A program made the position numbers and the translations under genes. Under the pieces are notes generated by a model. It worked only from the letters and a program-made list of their open reading frames with translations, did no database searches and was not told the DNA's origin. A DNA stretch of 64,000 nucleotides from Chloroflexota bacterium (GTDB lineage: Bacteria > Chloroflexota > Dehalococcoidia > SM23-28-2 > JACOUE01): the NCBI GenBank assembly GCA_016178045.1, contig JACOUE010000041.1, forward strand, positions 5,627 to 69,626. Direction: 5' to 3'. This document shows positions 19,305-29,690 of the stretch, one piece after another (within the stretch, counting starts at the first letter, position 1; each line of letters begins with the position of its first letter).

Positions 19305-20072
19305 GTGGGCTACCATGACCTCATTCTAGAGCGCCGGGGCGCTATCGCCGTAATCCGCCTCAACCGCCCTGACAAGCACAACGCCCTCAACCGCCGCCTT
19401 TCCGAAGAGCTGATCGACGCCCTGGACCGCGTGGAGGCCGACGGCTCCGTCCATGTGGTGGTCCTGACCGGCAACGGCGACCGCGCCTTCTGCGCCGGCG
19501 CCGACATGGCCGAGGCGGTCAACTCCGACTCTGGGTCGGCGGCGTACGCGCCGGGCCGGGCCGTGGGCCGCGTCCTGCGCTTCTCCAAGCCGGTCATCGC
19601 CGCCGTCAACGGCTACGCCTACGGCGGCGGCGCCTCCTTGGCCATCAACTGCGACATCCGCATCGCCGCCGACACCGCGAAGTTCCGCTTCGTCGGTGTG
19701 ACCTACGGGCTGGTGGTGGGCGCCAGCCAGCTGCCGCGCGTCGTCGGGGCGCCGGTGGCCAAGGAATTAACCTTCACCGCCCGTGTCGTCGAAGCCGAGG
19801 AGGCGCTGCGCATCGGCCTGGTGAACCGCGTCGTGCCGCTGGCCGAGGTGGAGGCGACGGCCCTGGAGATGGCGAAGGCCATCGCCGACGCCTCGCCCCT
19901 GGCCGTGCAGGCCGCGAAGGCGGTCATCGACAAGGCCACCGACAACACGGAGGCCGTCCGCCACGAGGTGGAGACGGACCGCGCCCTCCGCCAGTCGGAC
20001 GACCACCGCGAGCGCTTCCGCGCCGCCGCCGAGCGCCTCACCGGCTCCGGCGGCAACGGCCCCGGCAAGTAG
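19305..20072 (+). CDS. Enoyl-CoA hydratase/isomerase-family protein
   Basis: LNRP..HNAL, AFCAGAD, AVNGYAYGGG. Confidence 0.88.
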   Translation: MGYHDLILERRGAIAVIRLNRPDKHNALNRRLSEELIDALDRVEADGSVHVVVLTGNGDRAFCAGADMAEAVNSDSGSAAYAPGRAVGRVLRFSKPVIAAVNGYAYGGGASLAINCDIRIAADTAKFRFVGVTYGLVVGASQLPRVVGAPVAKELTFTARVVEAEEALRIGLVNRVVPLAEVEATALEMAKAIADASPLAVQAAKAVIDKATDNTEAVRHEVETDRALRQSDDHRERFRAAAERLTGSGGNGPGK

Positions 20073-20082
20073 CGGCCGGGGG

Positions 20083-21261
20083 CTACCGCTCGAACGTCAG
20101 CCCCAGCATCCGCTCCCCCAGCGTCCGCAGTGTTCGCCGCGCCGCCGCGTCGGCTTCAGACGCCAGCGCCCGCAGCTCGTCCAGGGACCGCGGCGTGTCC
20201 AAGTCGTCGTCCATGGCGGCGAAGAACGGCCTGGCCCAGTGCTCAAGGTCTTCGCCGCTCGCCTGGCGAGGGTCAGTAGTAGCATCGGCTAACTCGGCTG
20301 CCAATTCGACGTGTGCCGCCAGGTCTTCCGCTTCGAAGTTCCAGTTGCGCCGGTACTGGTGGCCCAGCAGGTACAGGCGGATGGTGTCCGACGAGTACTC
20401 GCGGAGGAGGTCGGACACGAAGACCATGTTCCCCAGCGACTTACTCATCTTCTTCGAGCCGGAGTAAACCATACCCGTGTGGAACCAGTAGCGGGCGAAC
20501 GGCTTGCCCGTGCAGGTCTCCGACTGGGCGATCTCGCACTCGTGATGGGGGAAGACGAGGTCCTGGCCGCCGCCGTGCAGGGCGAAGCTCTCCCCCAGGT
20601 ACTTCATGCTCATGGCCGAGCACTCGATGTGCCAGCCGGGCCGTCCCTCGCCCCAGGGGGAGGGCCAGGAGGGCTCGCCTTCCTTCTTCGCCTGCCAGAG
20701 GACGAAGTCCAGCGGGTCTTTCTTGAGCGGGTCGTCGGGGAAGTTGCCGCGCTCGTTGGCGAGCTCCAGCTGCGCCCGGTACGCGAGCCGGCACAGCTTC
20801 CCGAAGCTCTCCTGTCTTCGCACCTCGAAGTAGACGTTGCCGTCCCGCCGGTAGGCCAGGCCCTTCTCCAGCAGCCTCTCGATGATACCGATCATGTCGG
20901 GTATGTGCTCGGCGGCCCGGGGCATGACGTGCGGCGGCAGGTTGTTGAGGGCGGTCATATCGTCGAGGTACTTGCGCGTCTCCCTGTCCCCCAGCTCCCG
21001 CCAGTCGACGCCGGTGGAGGCGGCTCGAAGGAGGATGTCGTCGTCCACGTCGGTGATGTTCTGGACGTAGAGGACGTCGTACCCCTTGAAGCGGAGATAC
21101 CGTACGAGGACGTCGACGGCGGTATACGTAAAGGCGTGCCCGAGGTGGGTGGTGTCGTAGGGGGTGACGCCGCAGACGTAGACGCCGACGGGCGACTCGG
21201 CCTGGAAAAGCTCCTTCTTGCGGGTGAGGGTGTTGTAGAGGAACAGCTGCCCCGCGCTCAT
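20083..21261 (-). CDS. Short CysRS paralog, MshC-like cysteine ligase
   Basis: YVCGVTPYDTTHLGHA, QNITDVDDDI, GWHIECS, KMSKS; 392 aa with no anticodon-binding domain. Confidence 0.8.
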   Translation of the reverse strand: MSAGQLFLYNTLTRKKELFQAESPVGVYVCGVTPYDTTHLGHAFTYTAVDVLVRYLRFKGYDVLYVQNITDVDDDILLRAASTGVDWRELGDRETRKYLDDMTALNNLPPHVMPRAAEHIPDMIGIIERLLEKGLAYRRDGNVYFEVRRQESFGKLCRLAYRAQLELANERGNFPDDPLKKDPLDFVLWQAKKEGEPSWPSPWGEGRPGWHIECSAMSMKYLGESFALHGGGQDLVFPHHECEIAQSETCTGKPFARYWFHTGMVYSGSKKMSKSLGNMVFVSDLLREYSSDTIRLYLLGHQYRRNWNFEAEDLAAHVELAAELADATTDPRQASGEDLEHWARPFFAAMDDDLDTPRSLDELRALASEADAAARRTLRTLGERMLGLTFER

Positions 21262-21268
21262 GCCGCCG

Positions 21269-22624
21269 CTATGCCGCCGTGATCACCGAAGCCAGCTCGC
21301 GCACGTCCCGCACCCCCTCGAGGCCACCGACCAGCTCGACGATCCGCTCCACGGCTTCAGCAGGGAGGGCCCGCCGGGCGCAGTCGCGGAACTTGGCCGC
21401 CAGCTCCTCCCACGTCAGCGGCCGCTGCGGGTCACCTTTCGGCACGTCCACCCGCAGGCTATGCTCGCCGCCCTCCATCATCCGTATACGCACGTCGGCG
21501 TACCCACCGATGGGGAACGGCGCCTCTTCCTCCTCCTCCACGGCCCTCACCTTCGCCAGCAGGGCCTGGGCCTCCGGCCGGCGGACGGCGGTGTCGGTGA
21601 AGGAGTCCAGCGTCAACCAGCCGTCGAGCAGGGCGGCGGCCAGGCAGTACTCCAGGCTGAACTTGCCCTCCAGGCCGGTACGCGGCGTCCCCTTGATCAG
21701 CGGCATGAGCATGCCCCGGTTCACCCGCACCTCCACCGCCTCAACCTGGGACGCGTCGATACCGTTTGTGGCGCGCAGCTCCAGGGCCGCGTCCAGGGCG
21801 CGATGCGTGACATAACAACATGGATATAGCTTTACCCCTATCCCCGGCGAGACGATGTCGAACGGGTCGCCGAGGCCCTCGATGGAAGGGCTGTCCACCT
21901 TGGCGCCGGTGAAGGCGGGGAGGAAGCCGCTGTTGCCCTCGAGCGCCTGCTGGCTGGCGGTGAAGCCGCGGGCGGCCAGCTCGGCGGCGGCGAGGCCGTT
22001 GCGGGCGGCCAGGCCGGCGTGCAGCGGCTTGGTCATGGTGCCGAAGTTCTCGCGCAGGCCGGAGGCCATTGAGGCGGCGACGGCGAGCGCCATATGCGTC
22101 CGGCCTTCGTCGAGTCGGAGGAGGCGGGCGCAGCCCGCCGCGGCGCCGAGGGTGCCGAGAGTCGAGGTGGCGTGCCAGCCCAGCGCGTAGTGGGCCCCGC
22201 CGGCCAGCCTCCCCAGCTTCGTCTCCACCTCGAAGCCGAGAACGAAGGCGGCTATGAACTCCTGGCCGCTGGGGCGCGTCTTCTCGCCCAACGCGAGCAG
22301 GGCCGGCACTAACGGGACGCTGGGGTGACCCCGCATCGATACGTTGACGTCGTCGTAGTCGAGGGCGTGGCCGCTGGCGCCGTTGGCCAGCGCGGCCTGA
22401 GGGGCGGCCGTGCGAAAGCCGTGGCCCCAGACGCCGGCCTCCTCCACCCCGCCCTGCTGCCGCACCCACTCCGCCACGATGCCGCTGCTCTCCTCGCGGC
22501 AACCGGCGAGGGCCACGCCGAGGGTATCGAGGATCGCCCTCTTGGCCTCGGTGACGGCTTCGGGAGGGATGACCTCCGCTTCGGTTAGGGCCACAAAGCG
22601 GGCCAGGGTCTGGGTGACGCCCAC
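21269..22624 (-). CDS. MmgE/PrpD family protein
   Basis: HALDYDD, GHPS, GWH, TKPLHAG, KLYPCC, KFS. Confidence 0.9.
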   Translation of the reverse strand: MGVTQTLARFVALTEAEVIPPEAVTEAKRAILDTLGVALAGCREESSGIVAEWVRQQGGVEEAGVWGHGFRTAAPQAALANGASGHALDYDDVNVSMRGHPSVPLVPALLALGEKTRPSGQEFIAAFVLGFEVETKLGRLAGGAHYALGWHATSTLGTLGAAAGCARLLRLDEGRTHMALAVAASMASGLRENFGTMTKPLHAGLAARNGLAAAELAARGFTASQQALEGNSGFLPAFTGAKVDSPSIEGLGDPFDIVSPGIGVKLYPCCYVTHRALDAALELRATNGIDASQVEAVEVRVNRGMLMPLIKGTPRTGLEGKFSLEYCLAAALLDGWLTLDSFTDTAVRRPEAQALLAKVRAVEEEEEAPFPIGGYADVRIRMMEGGEHSLRVDVPKGDPQRPLTWEELAAKFRDCARRALPAEAVERIVELVGGLEGVRDVRELASVITAA

Positions 22625-22741
22625 GTTCAGCCTCGCTGCGTTTACTTGGGGCCGGCTCCCTCATCATATCAGACGCTGCGGCCTCGGCCTTGACCCTGCA
22701 TTCAGCGGCCAGATATAATCCGCCCCGACTGGAGGAGTCGG

Positions 22742-23770
22742 ATGTACGTCTTGCAGAAGCTGAGCCGCATCGTCATCCCCCGCACGGAGCTCACGTACCC
22801 CTGTCACCAGCTCAAGATGCACCAGAACGCGGCCGCCGCCCCCGTCGACTGCGTCATGGCCGACTTCGAGGACGCCTGCCCCTACGAGTTCAAGGGTGAG
22901 CCCAGCCGCCAGACCATGGTCGAGGCGCTGAACTCGGTCGACTTCGGCCACAAGGTCGTCGTCATCCGTCCCAATAACATCCGCTCCAAGTACTTCCTGG
23001 GCGACCTCCAGGCGATCATGCTGGGCGCCCCCGACCGCTGTCACGGCATCATCCTCCCCAAAACCACCGGGCCCGAGGACATCGCCTACCTGGCGAAGCT
23101 GCTGGACCGGTTTGAGGAGGAGGGGCGCTGGACGACACGCGTCCAGATCGAGGCGCTTATCGAGACGCCGCTGGGCCTGGTCAACGCCTACCGGATCGCC
23201 ACCGCCTCCAACCGCATGGCCGGCCTCATCTTCGGCATCGCGGATTTCTCGGCAGCCATGGGCATTCGGGAGATGGTGGACGACCAGAACAAGAACTTCC
23301 ACTACGCCAAGCAGGCCGTCGTTGTCGCCGCCAAGGCCGCCGGCCTGCACGCCGTCGATAACGCTTACCTTCGGCTCATCCGGAAGGACACGACGGAGGA
23401 GGAGGCCCGCCAGATCGAGGCGGGGCTGCGCCAGAAGAACGTCGAGGCGGCCAACCTGGGGATGGACGGCTCCTGGGTCATCCACCCCCAGCAGGCGGAG
23501 ATCGTCAACGCCTGCTACACGCCGACCGACGAGGAGATCGAGAAGGCGAAGGAGGCCGTCGAGATCTACCACCAGTTGGGCGGCGGCTCCATCGTCAACC
23601 CGAAGACGGGGGAGTTCGAGGACGAGGCGACCGTCAAGGGCAAGCTGATGGACCTGGCCAAGGCGGTGCAGGCGGGCAAGCTGGACGCCGACTACCTGGC
23701 CGAGCAGGCGGCCAAGTCCAAGGCCGTCACCGGCTACGACATCCTCCAGGTGATGGGCCGGGTGGGGTAG
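22742..23770 (+). CDS. CitE/malyl-CoA lyase-family acyl-CoA lyase
   Basis: DFEDA, LPK, LIET, FGIADFS, IHPQQ. Confidence 0.85.
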   Translation: MYVLQKLSRIVIPRTELTYPCHQLKMHQNAAAAPVDCVMADFEDACPYEFKGEPSRQTMVEALNSVDFGHKVVVIRPNNIRSKYFLGDLQAIMLGAPDRCHGIILPKTTGPEDIAYLAKLLDRFEEEGRWTTRVQIEALIETPLGLVNAYRIATASNRMAGLIFGIADFSAAMGIREMVDDQNKNFHYAKQAVVVAAKAAGLHAVDNAYLRLIRKDTTEEEARQIEAGLRQKNVEAANLGMDGSWVIHPQQAEIVNACYTPTDEEIEKAKEAVEIYHQLGGGSIVNPKTGEFEDEATVKGKLMDLAKAVQAGKLDADYLAEQAAKSKAVTGYDILQVMGRVG

Positions 23771-23816
23771 ACCTCTCCGGCGGGCTCCGGTTAAGCTGCG
23801 ATAATGTTAGCGAATA

Positions 23817-23923
23817 TGTCGTTCTGAGCGAAGCGAAGAATCTGGGGAGCGCTGGGGTGGGCCAAGCCCCACCGCCAGACCCTTCGCTCCGCCTGCCTAT
23901 CGGCAGACAGGCTCAGGGTGACA
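23817..23923. repeat. REP/MITE-like inverted element with a nested short palindrome
   Basis: TGTCGTTCTGAGCGAAGCGAAGAATCTGG ... CCAGACCCTTCGCTCC[GCCTGCCTATCGGCAGACAG]GCTCAGGGTGACA. Confidence 0.75.
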
Positions 23924-23931
23924 GGTAGAGA

Positions 23932-25140
23932 ATGCGGTTCTACGAGTTCGAGGCCAAGAAACTGCTGGCCAGGCACCGCGTGCCCCTGCCCGGGGGCGGC
24001 ACCGCAGAAACGCCTGCTGACACCAGGCGGCTGGCCCAGGAGCTGGGCGGCCCCGTCGTCCTGAAGTCGCAGGTGCTGACGGGCGGCCGCATGAAGGCGG
24101 GCGGCGTCCGCTTCGCCGACTCCCCTCGGGAGGCGGAGCGGGAGGCCGCCGCGATCCTGGCCCTGGAGATCGGCGGGCAGATGCCCCGCTGCCTCCTGGT
24201 CGAATCGAAGGCCGCCGTAAGGCGCGAGTACTACGCCGGCGTCACCTACGACGCCCTGGCCAAGCTGCCGGTGATCATCTTCAGCGACATGGGCGGCATC
24301 GACATCGAGGAGGTGGCGCGGGAGCACCCGGAGCACGTGGCCAAGGTCCACTTCTCAACGCTGCTGCCCGTCTCCGACTACAAGGCGAAGGAGCTGGTGC
24401 GCTCCCTGGGCGTCGGCGGCGGCGAGCTGACCGCGCTCACGACTATCGTCACCCGCCTTGCCCGGGCCTTCGTGGAGTACGACCTCACCCTGGCCGAGAT
24501 CAACCCCCTCGGCCAGCTGGAGGACGGCAGCTTCGTGGCCCTGGACTGCCACATCGACATGGAGGACGAGGCCCGCGAACGCCACGCCGCCGTCCTGGAG
24601 AAGCTGGGGATCAGCAAGGACGAGCCTCGCCAGGCCCGGCCGCCCACCGATTTCGAGCTGCGCGGCGCCCAGGTGGACGCCGTCGACCACCGCGGCGTCG
24701 CCGGCCGCGTGGTGGAGTTCGACGGCGACCTGGGCCTGGTGATCGGCGCCGGCGGTGGCAGTCTCACCATCTTCGACGCCATCCGCAAGCACGGCGGCCG
24801 TCCCGCCAACTACTGCGAGATCGGCGGCAACCCCAGCGTCCGCAAGGCTGCCGAGCTGACGAAGCTCATCCTCAGCAAGCCCGGCGTCGACAAAATCGCC
24901 GTGCTCATGAACGTGGTCAGCAACACCCGCGTGGACATCGTGGCGCGCGGCGTGGTCAAGGGCGTGGTGGAGTCGGGCTTCGACCCGGCGGAGAAGATCG
25001 CCATCTTCCGCATCCCGGGCGCCTGGGAGGAGGAAGGCTTCAAGATCCTGCGTAAGTACGGCGTCGAGTACTGCGACCGCGGCGTCTCCATGTCGGAGGC
25101 GGCGCGGCGGGCGGTGGAGAAGACGAAGGCGAGTGTCTAG
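23932..25140 (+). CDS. sucC: Succinate/malate--CoA ligase beta subunit
   Basis: YEFEAK, KSQVLTGGRMKAGG, EINP, NYCEIGG. Confidence 0.85.
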   Translation: MRFYEFEAKKLLARHRVPLPGGGTAETPADTRRLAQELGGPVVLKSQVLTGGRMKAGGVRFADSPREAEREAAAILALEIGGQMPRCLLVESKAAVRREYYAGVTYDALAKLPVIIFSDMGGIDIEEVAREHPEHVAKVHFSTLLPVSDYKAKELVRSLGVGGGELTALTTIVTRLARAFVEYDLTLAEINPLGQLEDGSFVALDCHIDMEDEARERHAAVLEKLGISKDEPRQARPPTDFELRGAQVDAVDHRGVAGRVVEFDGDLGLVIGAGGGSLTIFDAIRKHGGRPANYCEIGGNPSVRKAAELTKLILSKPGVDKIAVLMNVVSNTRVDIVARGVVKGVVESGFDPAEKIAIFRIPGAWEEEGFKILRKYGVEYCDRGVSMSEAARRAVEKTKASV

Positions 25141-25154
25141 CGTGCCATCCCCCC

Positions 25155-25315
25155 GTCATTCTGAGCGAAGCGAAGCCTGCCCTGAGCGAAGCCGAAGGGA
25201 ATCTCGCGTCGTGACGTGTGCACGACAACACCCTCGCCGCGAGGTGTCCCCGGAACCGCGGGTTTTAACCCGCGGCATGCCCTTCCCTCTGATACCGCAG
25301 GTTGCAACCTGCGGT
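25155..25315. repeat. Cluster of REP-like repeats
   Basis: GTCATTCTGAGCGAAGCGAA[GCCTGCCCTGAGCGAAGCCGAAGGG]AATCT plus palindromes at 25256-25275 and 25294-25315. Confidence 0.7.
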
Positions 25316-25329
25316 CTTGATCAATAGCC

Positions 25330-26235
25330 ATGTCCATCCTCGTCGACGGGAGCACCACCTTCATCATCCAGGGCATCACCGGCCGCGAGGCCGTGAACAT
25401 GACCCGCGAGTGCCTGGACTACGGCTCGAAGGTGGTGGGCGGGGTGACGCCCGGCCGCGGCGGCCGCGACGTCTACGGCGTCCCCGTGTACGACACCGTC
25501 CGCGAGATCACGTCGCAGATGCATGTGGACGGTGCGGTGCTGGCCGTGCCGCCCGCCTTCGTGCGGGACGCCGCCCTGGAGGCGCTGGACAACGGCATCA
25601 AGCTGCTGGTCATCGTCACCGAGCGCATCCCCCGCGGCGAGGTGGCCCAGGTGCTGGAGTACGCCCGTCTCCAGGGCGCCCGCGTCATCGGCCCCAACTG
25701 CCTGGGAATCATCTCTCCGGGCAAGTCGAAGATGGGGGGAATCGGCGGCCCGGCCGAGGATACGCGCAAGGCGTACCGGCCGGGGCCCGTCGGCGTGATG
25801 TCCCGGAGCGGCGGCATGACCACGGAGATATCGAACGCTCTCACCGCCGCCGGCCTGGGGGAGAGCACGGCGATCAGCATCGGCGGTGACGCCATCATTG
25901 GCTCCACCTACGCCGAGCTGATGCCCCTCTTCGAGGCTGACCCCGAGACGAAGGCTATCGTGATCTACTCGGAGCCGGGCGGACCCATGGAGGCGCAGCT
26001 GGCGGAGTACGTACAGCGGAACGGCAGCCGGTTGCCCGTCGTCGCCTTCATGGCCGGGCGGTTCATGGACGCCATGCCGGGCATGCGCTTCGGCCACGCC
26101 GGCACGATAGTGGAGGGACGCCAGGACACGGCCGCCGAGAAGATCCGCCGCCTGACCGAGGCGGGCATCTCCGTGGCCGAGGAGATATCGGACATTCCGA
26201 AGCTGGTGAAGGAGCGGCTGGGGGAAGTGGCCTGA
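25330..26235 (+). CDS. sucD: Succinate/malate--CoA ligase alpha subunit
   Basis: QGITG, GVTPG, IGPNCLG, SRSGG, IGGD, GHAG. Confidence 0.9.
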   Translation: MSILVDGSTTFIIQGITGREAVNMTRECLDYGSKVVGGVTPGRGGRDVYGVPVYDTVREITSQMHVDGAVLAVPPAFVRDAALEALDNGIKLLVIVTERIPRGEVAQVLEYARLQGARVIGPNCLGIISPGKSKMGGIGGPAEDTRKAYRPGPVGVMSRSGGMTTEISNALTAAGLGESTAISIGGDAIIGSTYAELMPLFEADPETKAIVIYSEPGGPMEAQLAEYVQRNGSRLPVVAFMAGRFMDAMPGMRFGHAGTIVEGRQDTAAEKIRRLTEAGISVAEEISDIPKLVKERLGEVA

Positions 26236-26264
26236 GGACAATGTTCGGTCGCATCATCTCTCCC

Positions 26265-26319
26265 CGTAGGGGCCGAGCTTTAGCTCGGCCCAGGACAGAG
26301 TTCAAGCTCTGTCCCTACG
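26265..26319. repeat. GTAG-type REP doublet
   Basis: CGTAGGGGCCGAGCTTTAGCTCGGCCC...GGACAGAGTTCAAGCTCTGTCCCTACG. Confidence 0.7.
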
Positions 26320-26341
26320 GCGCCAGGCAGGGCTTCGCCTG

Positions 26342-26587
26342 ATGGGCATGTTCATCCGTGTTGACCTGGACCCGAAGGTGGCCGCTCAGGCCGACCTGGC
26401 GAAGAAGCTGGCCGAGGTCTGCCCGGTCAACATCTTCGAGCAGTCCGCCGACGGCGGTGCCCGCGTGGTGCCGGAGAACGAGGACGAGTGCGTCCTCTGC
26501 GAGCTGTGCGTGCAGGCGGCGCCCCCGCGCGGCGTCCGTGTCGTCAAGCTGTACGACGAGGGGTCCAGCCTGGAGCGGCTGGAGTAG
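26342..26587 (+). CDS. Small ferredoxin
   Basis: VCPVNIF and CVLCELC motifs. Confidence 0.85.
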   Translation: MGMFIRVDLDPKVAAQADLAKKLAEVCPVNIFEQSADGGARVVPENEDECVLCELCVQAAPPRGVRVVKLYDEGSSLERLE

Positions 26588-26602
26588 GACCGTCTCTTCG
26601 GC

Positions 26603-27040
26603 CTACTGCGGCGCCGGGTCGAGCAGCACCACCGCCTCCCCCGTGACCACCGGCTCGCCGTCCTGGTTGTAGCACTCCGTCTTCACCGTCACGATCCGCT
26701 TCTGCGGGTCGACTCCCTTCGCTTCCACCACCGCCCGCACCTCGTCGCCGATGAAGACGGGGCGCAGGAAGCGCAGGCTCTGGCTCAGATAGATGACGCA
26801 GCAGTTGGGCGCCAGCTTTGTCCCCAGGGCCGCCGAGATGAAGCCGGCGCTGAGGATGCCGTGGGCCACGTTCCGACCGAAGCGCGTCCTGCCGGCGTAC
26901 GCCTCGTCCAGGTGGAGGGGGTTGGCGTCGCCGGTGACCTCGGCGAAGCGGACGATGTCGTCGCGGGTCACCGTCTTCCGGAACTCCGCCCGGTCCCCCA
27001 CCTTTACGCCCAGCACGTCGGCCACAGCCTCGCCTCCCAT
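26603..27040 (-). CDS. (R)-specific enoyl-CoA hydratase, PhaJ/MaoC type
   Basis: TGDANPLHLD...AHG motif. Confidence 0.88.
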   Translation of the reverse strand: MGGEAVADVLGVKVGDRAEFRKTVTRDDIVRFAEVTGDANPLHLDEAYAGRTRFGRNVAHGILSAGFISAALGTKLAPNCCVIYLSQSLRFLRPVFIGDEVRAVVEAKGVDPQKRIVTVKTECYNQDGEPVVTGEAVVLLDPAPQ

Positions 27041-27046
27041 CGCGGC

Positions 27047-28294
27047 CTAGGGCAGGCCCTTTAGGCCCGGACGGGGTGCGCTGACCAGGGCGACCATGTT
27101 CCCCTCCGGGTGTTTGTTCTCGGACATCAGCTGGTGGGCCAGCCCGATCTCGTCGAAGGCGAACACCCGCGACAGGCAAGGGTCGATCTTGCCGTCGACG
27201 ACCAGCTGGTTGAAGGCGGCGGCCTGGTCGTCGTTGGCGAAGTGGGAGCCCTGGAACCGCTTCTGCCGCATCCACAGGTAGCGGAGGTCGACCACGGCGT
27301 TGTAGCCGGTAGTGCCGGCGCAGATCACCACCATCCCGCCGGTGTCGCAGACGAAGATGGAGGTGGGGATGGTGTCCTCGCCCGGGTGCTCGAAGACGAT
27401 ACGCGGGCTCTTGCGCTCGCCGACGGCGTCCCAGATCGCCTTGCCGAAGGCGCGCACACCCTCTAGCCAGCGGCCGTAGCCCTCGCGGTCGGTCCAGTGG
27501 GGCATCATCCCCCAGTGGTCGAACTTCTTGCGGTTAATGCAGCCCTTGGCGCCCAGGCGCTGGCAGAACTCGAACTTGTCGTCGCTGGAGACGACGGCCA
27601 CGGGGATGCCGCCGAACTCGCGCGCGATCTGGGTGGCCATGGAGCCGAGGCCGCCGGCGCCGCCCCACACCAGTACCACGTTCCCCGGCTCTACCACGTG
27701 CGGCGGCCAAGCCCGCAGCATCCGGTAAGCGGTGGAGCCCACCAGCGTGGGGGCAGCCGCCTCCTCCCAGGTCAGGTGGGGCGCCTTGGGCAGGCACTGG
27801 TGTCCCTGCACCTTGGTGAACTGGGCGAAGCTTCCCCAGTTGGTCTCGTAGCCCCAGATGCGGGCCGAAGGCGCCAGCATCGGGTCGCCGCCGGCCTTGA
27901 TGAAAGGGTCGTCGCGGTCCCACCAGCCGCAGTGGACGACCACGTGGTCGCCTACCTTGACGTTGGTGACTTCGTCGCCCACCGCGTAGACGATGCCCGA
28001 GGCGTCGCTCCCGCCGATGTGGAAGCCGGAGAGGTCGCCTTCTCGCTCGTGCACCTGGATGACGTCGAGGGGCTGGCCCAGGGCCGCCCAGACGTTGTTG
28101 TAGTTGATGCCGGCCGCCATGACGAACACCAGGACCTCGTCCGGCTTGAGGGACGGCGTCTCGACCTTCTCTACCTGGAAGGCGGCGGTGGGCTGCCCGA
28201 ACCGTTCTCTGCGGATCAGCTGGGCGTACATGTACTTGGGGACGTACCCCAGGGGCGGGACCTCGCCAATCTCGCAGACCTCGGTAGTGCGCAA
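27047..28294 (-). CDS. ccrA: Crotonyl-CoA carboxylase/reductase
   Basis: [52 protein letters not shown]. Confidence 0.95.
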   Translation of the reverse strand: MRTTEVCEIGEVPPLGYVPKYMYAQLIRRERFGQPTAAFQVEKVETPSLKPDEVLVFVMAAGINYNNVWAALGQPLDVIQVHEREGDLSGFHIGGSDASGIVYAVGDEVTNVKVGDHVVVHCGWWDRDDPFIKAGGDPMLAPSARIWGYETNWGSFAQFTKVQGHQCLPKAPHLTWEEAAAPTLVGSTAYRMLRAWPPHVVEPGNVVLVWGGAGGLGSMATQIAREFGGIPVAVVSSDDKFEFCQRLGAKGCINRKKFDHWGMMPHWTDREGYGRWLEGVRAFGKAIWDAVGERKSPRIVFEHPGEDTIPTSIFVCDTGGMVVICAGTTGYNAVVDLRYLWMRQKRFQGSHFANDDQAAAFNQLVVDGKIDPCLSRVFAFDEIGLAHQLMSENKHPEGNMVALVSAPRPGLKGLP

Positions 28295-28506
28295 GGGGGG
28301 CCTCCTTCTCCCGGCCGTGAGGGGCTGCGGCGACCAATATACCGTCTGGGCCGGCGGCGGCGCAACCTCGGCGGAAGCACCGTTCGGGTTGCGGTCTAGC
28401 GCGGGCTAGGATTAAACTAAAGCGCGCGCAGCGGGCTTTGACCAAAGGTTCACCCGTGCCGCCCGTCGCCGGCCTCGCTGAGGCCGGGCGACGCCGAGGA
28501 GTGATT

Positions 28507-29679
28507 ATGCCGACGCCGACTCTCGCCGCCCTGACGGAGGAGCAGCAGCTCATCGTCTCGGAGGTGCGCCGCTTCGTGGAGAAGGAGGTCCTGCCCATCG
28601 CCACGGAGCTGGAGCACCGCGACGAGTACCCGGCCGCCCTCATCGACCAGATGAAAGGCCTCGGCATGATGGGGATCACCATTCCCCCCGAGTACGGCGG
28701 CCTGGGCCTCCCCTTCACCACCTACTCCGCCATCGTCGAGGAGCTGTCGCGGGGTTGGATGAGCCTGGGCGGCGTCATCAACACCCACGCCATGGTCTCC
28801 TGGATGATCAACAGCTTTGGCACGGAGGAGCAGAAGCGGTGCTGGCTCCCCGCCATGGCCACCGGCGAGAAGCGGGCCGGCCTCTGCATGACCGAGCCCA
28901 ACGCCGGCTCCGACCTTCAGGCCATCCAGATGACCGCCGTCCGGGACGGCGATGACTACGTCCTCAACGGGACGAAGATGTTCGTGAGCAACGGGGTCCA
29001 GGGCAAGCTCTTCGCCGTCCTCACCAAGACGGACCCGCGGGCCCAGCCGCCGTACTCCGGCATGACCACCTTCATCGTCGACAAGGACGAGACGCCGGGC
29101 ATGACCGTCGGCCGCCTCATCGAGAAGCTGGGCTACAAGGGCATCGACACCACGGAGCTGTTCTTCGAGGACGCCCGGGTGCCCGCCGGCAACGTCGTCG
29201 GCGGCGAGGAGGGCCAGGGCTGGTACCACATCATGGCCACCATCGAGATCGGCCGCATCAACGTGGCCTCCCGCGCCGTCGGCGTGGCGACGGCGGCGCT
29301 CGAGGACTCCGTCCGCTACTCGAAGCAGCGGCGCACGTTCGGCCGGCCCATCGCCGACCACCAGGCGATCCAGCTCATGCTGGCCGACATGGCCACCAAG
29401 ATCGAGGCGGCCCGCCTTCTCACGCGGGCGGCGGCCGCCCGCAAGGACGCCGGGGAGCGCGCCGACCTCTGGGTGGGGATGGCCAAGCTGTTCGCCACCG
29501 AGGTGGCGCAGGAGGTCTCCCTCATGGCCCTCCGTATCCACGGCGGCTACGGCTACACCAAGGAGATGCGGGTCGAGCGCTACTACCGCGACGCCCCCTT
29601 CATGCTCATCGGCGAGGGGACGAACGAGATCCAGAAGCTGGTCATCGCCCGCAACATCCTCAAGATGTTCGGGGAGTAG
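28507..29679 (+). CDS. Acyl-CoA dehydrogenase (candidate methylsuccinyl-CoA dehydrogenase)
   Basis: MTEPNAGSD, GGYGY, GEGTNEIQ; divergent from ccr. Confidence 0.85.
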   Translation: MPTPTLAALTEEQQLIVSEVRRFVEKEVLPIATELEHRDEYPAALIDQMKGLGMMGITIPPEYGGLGLPFTTYSAIVEELSRGWMSLGGVINTHAMVSWMINSFGTEEQKRCWLPAMATGEKRAGLCMTEPNAGSDLQAIQMTAVRDGDDYVLNGTKMFVSNGVQGKLFAVLTKTDPRAQPPYSGMTTFIVDKDETPGMTVGRLIEKLGYKGIDTTELFFEDARVPAGNVVGGEEGQGWYHIMATIEIGRINVASRAVGVATAALEDSVRYSKQRRTFGRPIADHQAIQLMLADMATKIEAARLLTRAAAARKDAGERADLWVGMAKLFATEVAQEVSLMALRIHGGYGYTKEMRVERYYRDAPFMLIGEGTNEIQKLVIARNILKMFGE

Positions 29680-29690
29680 CATAGCGCGAT

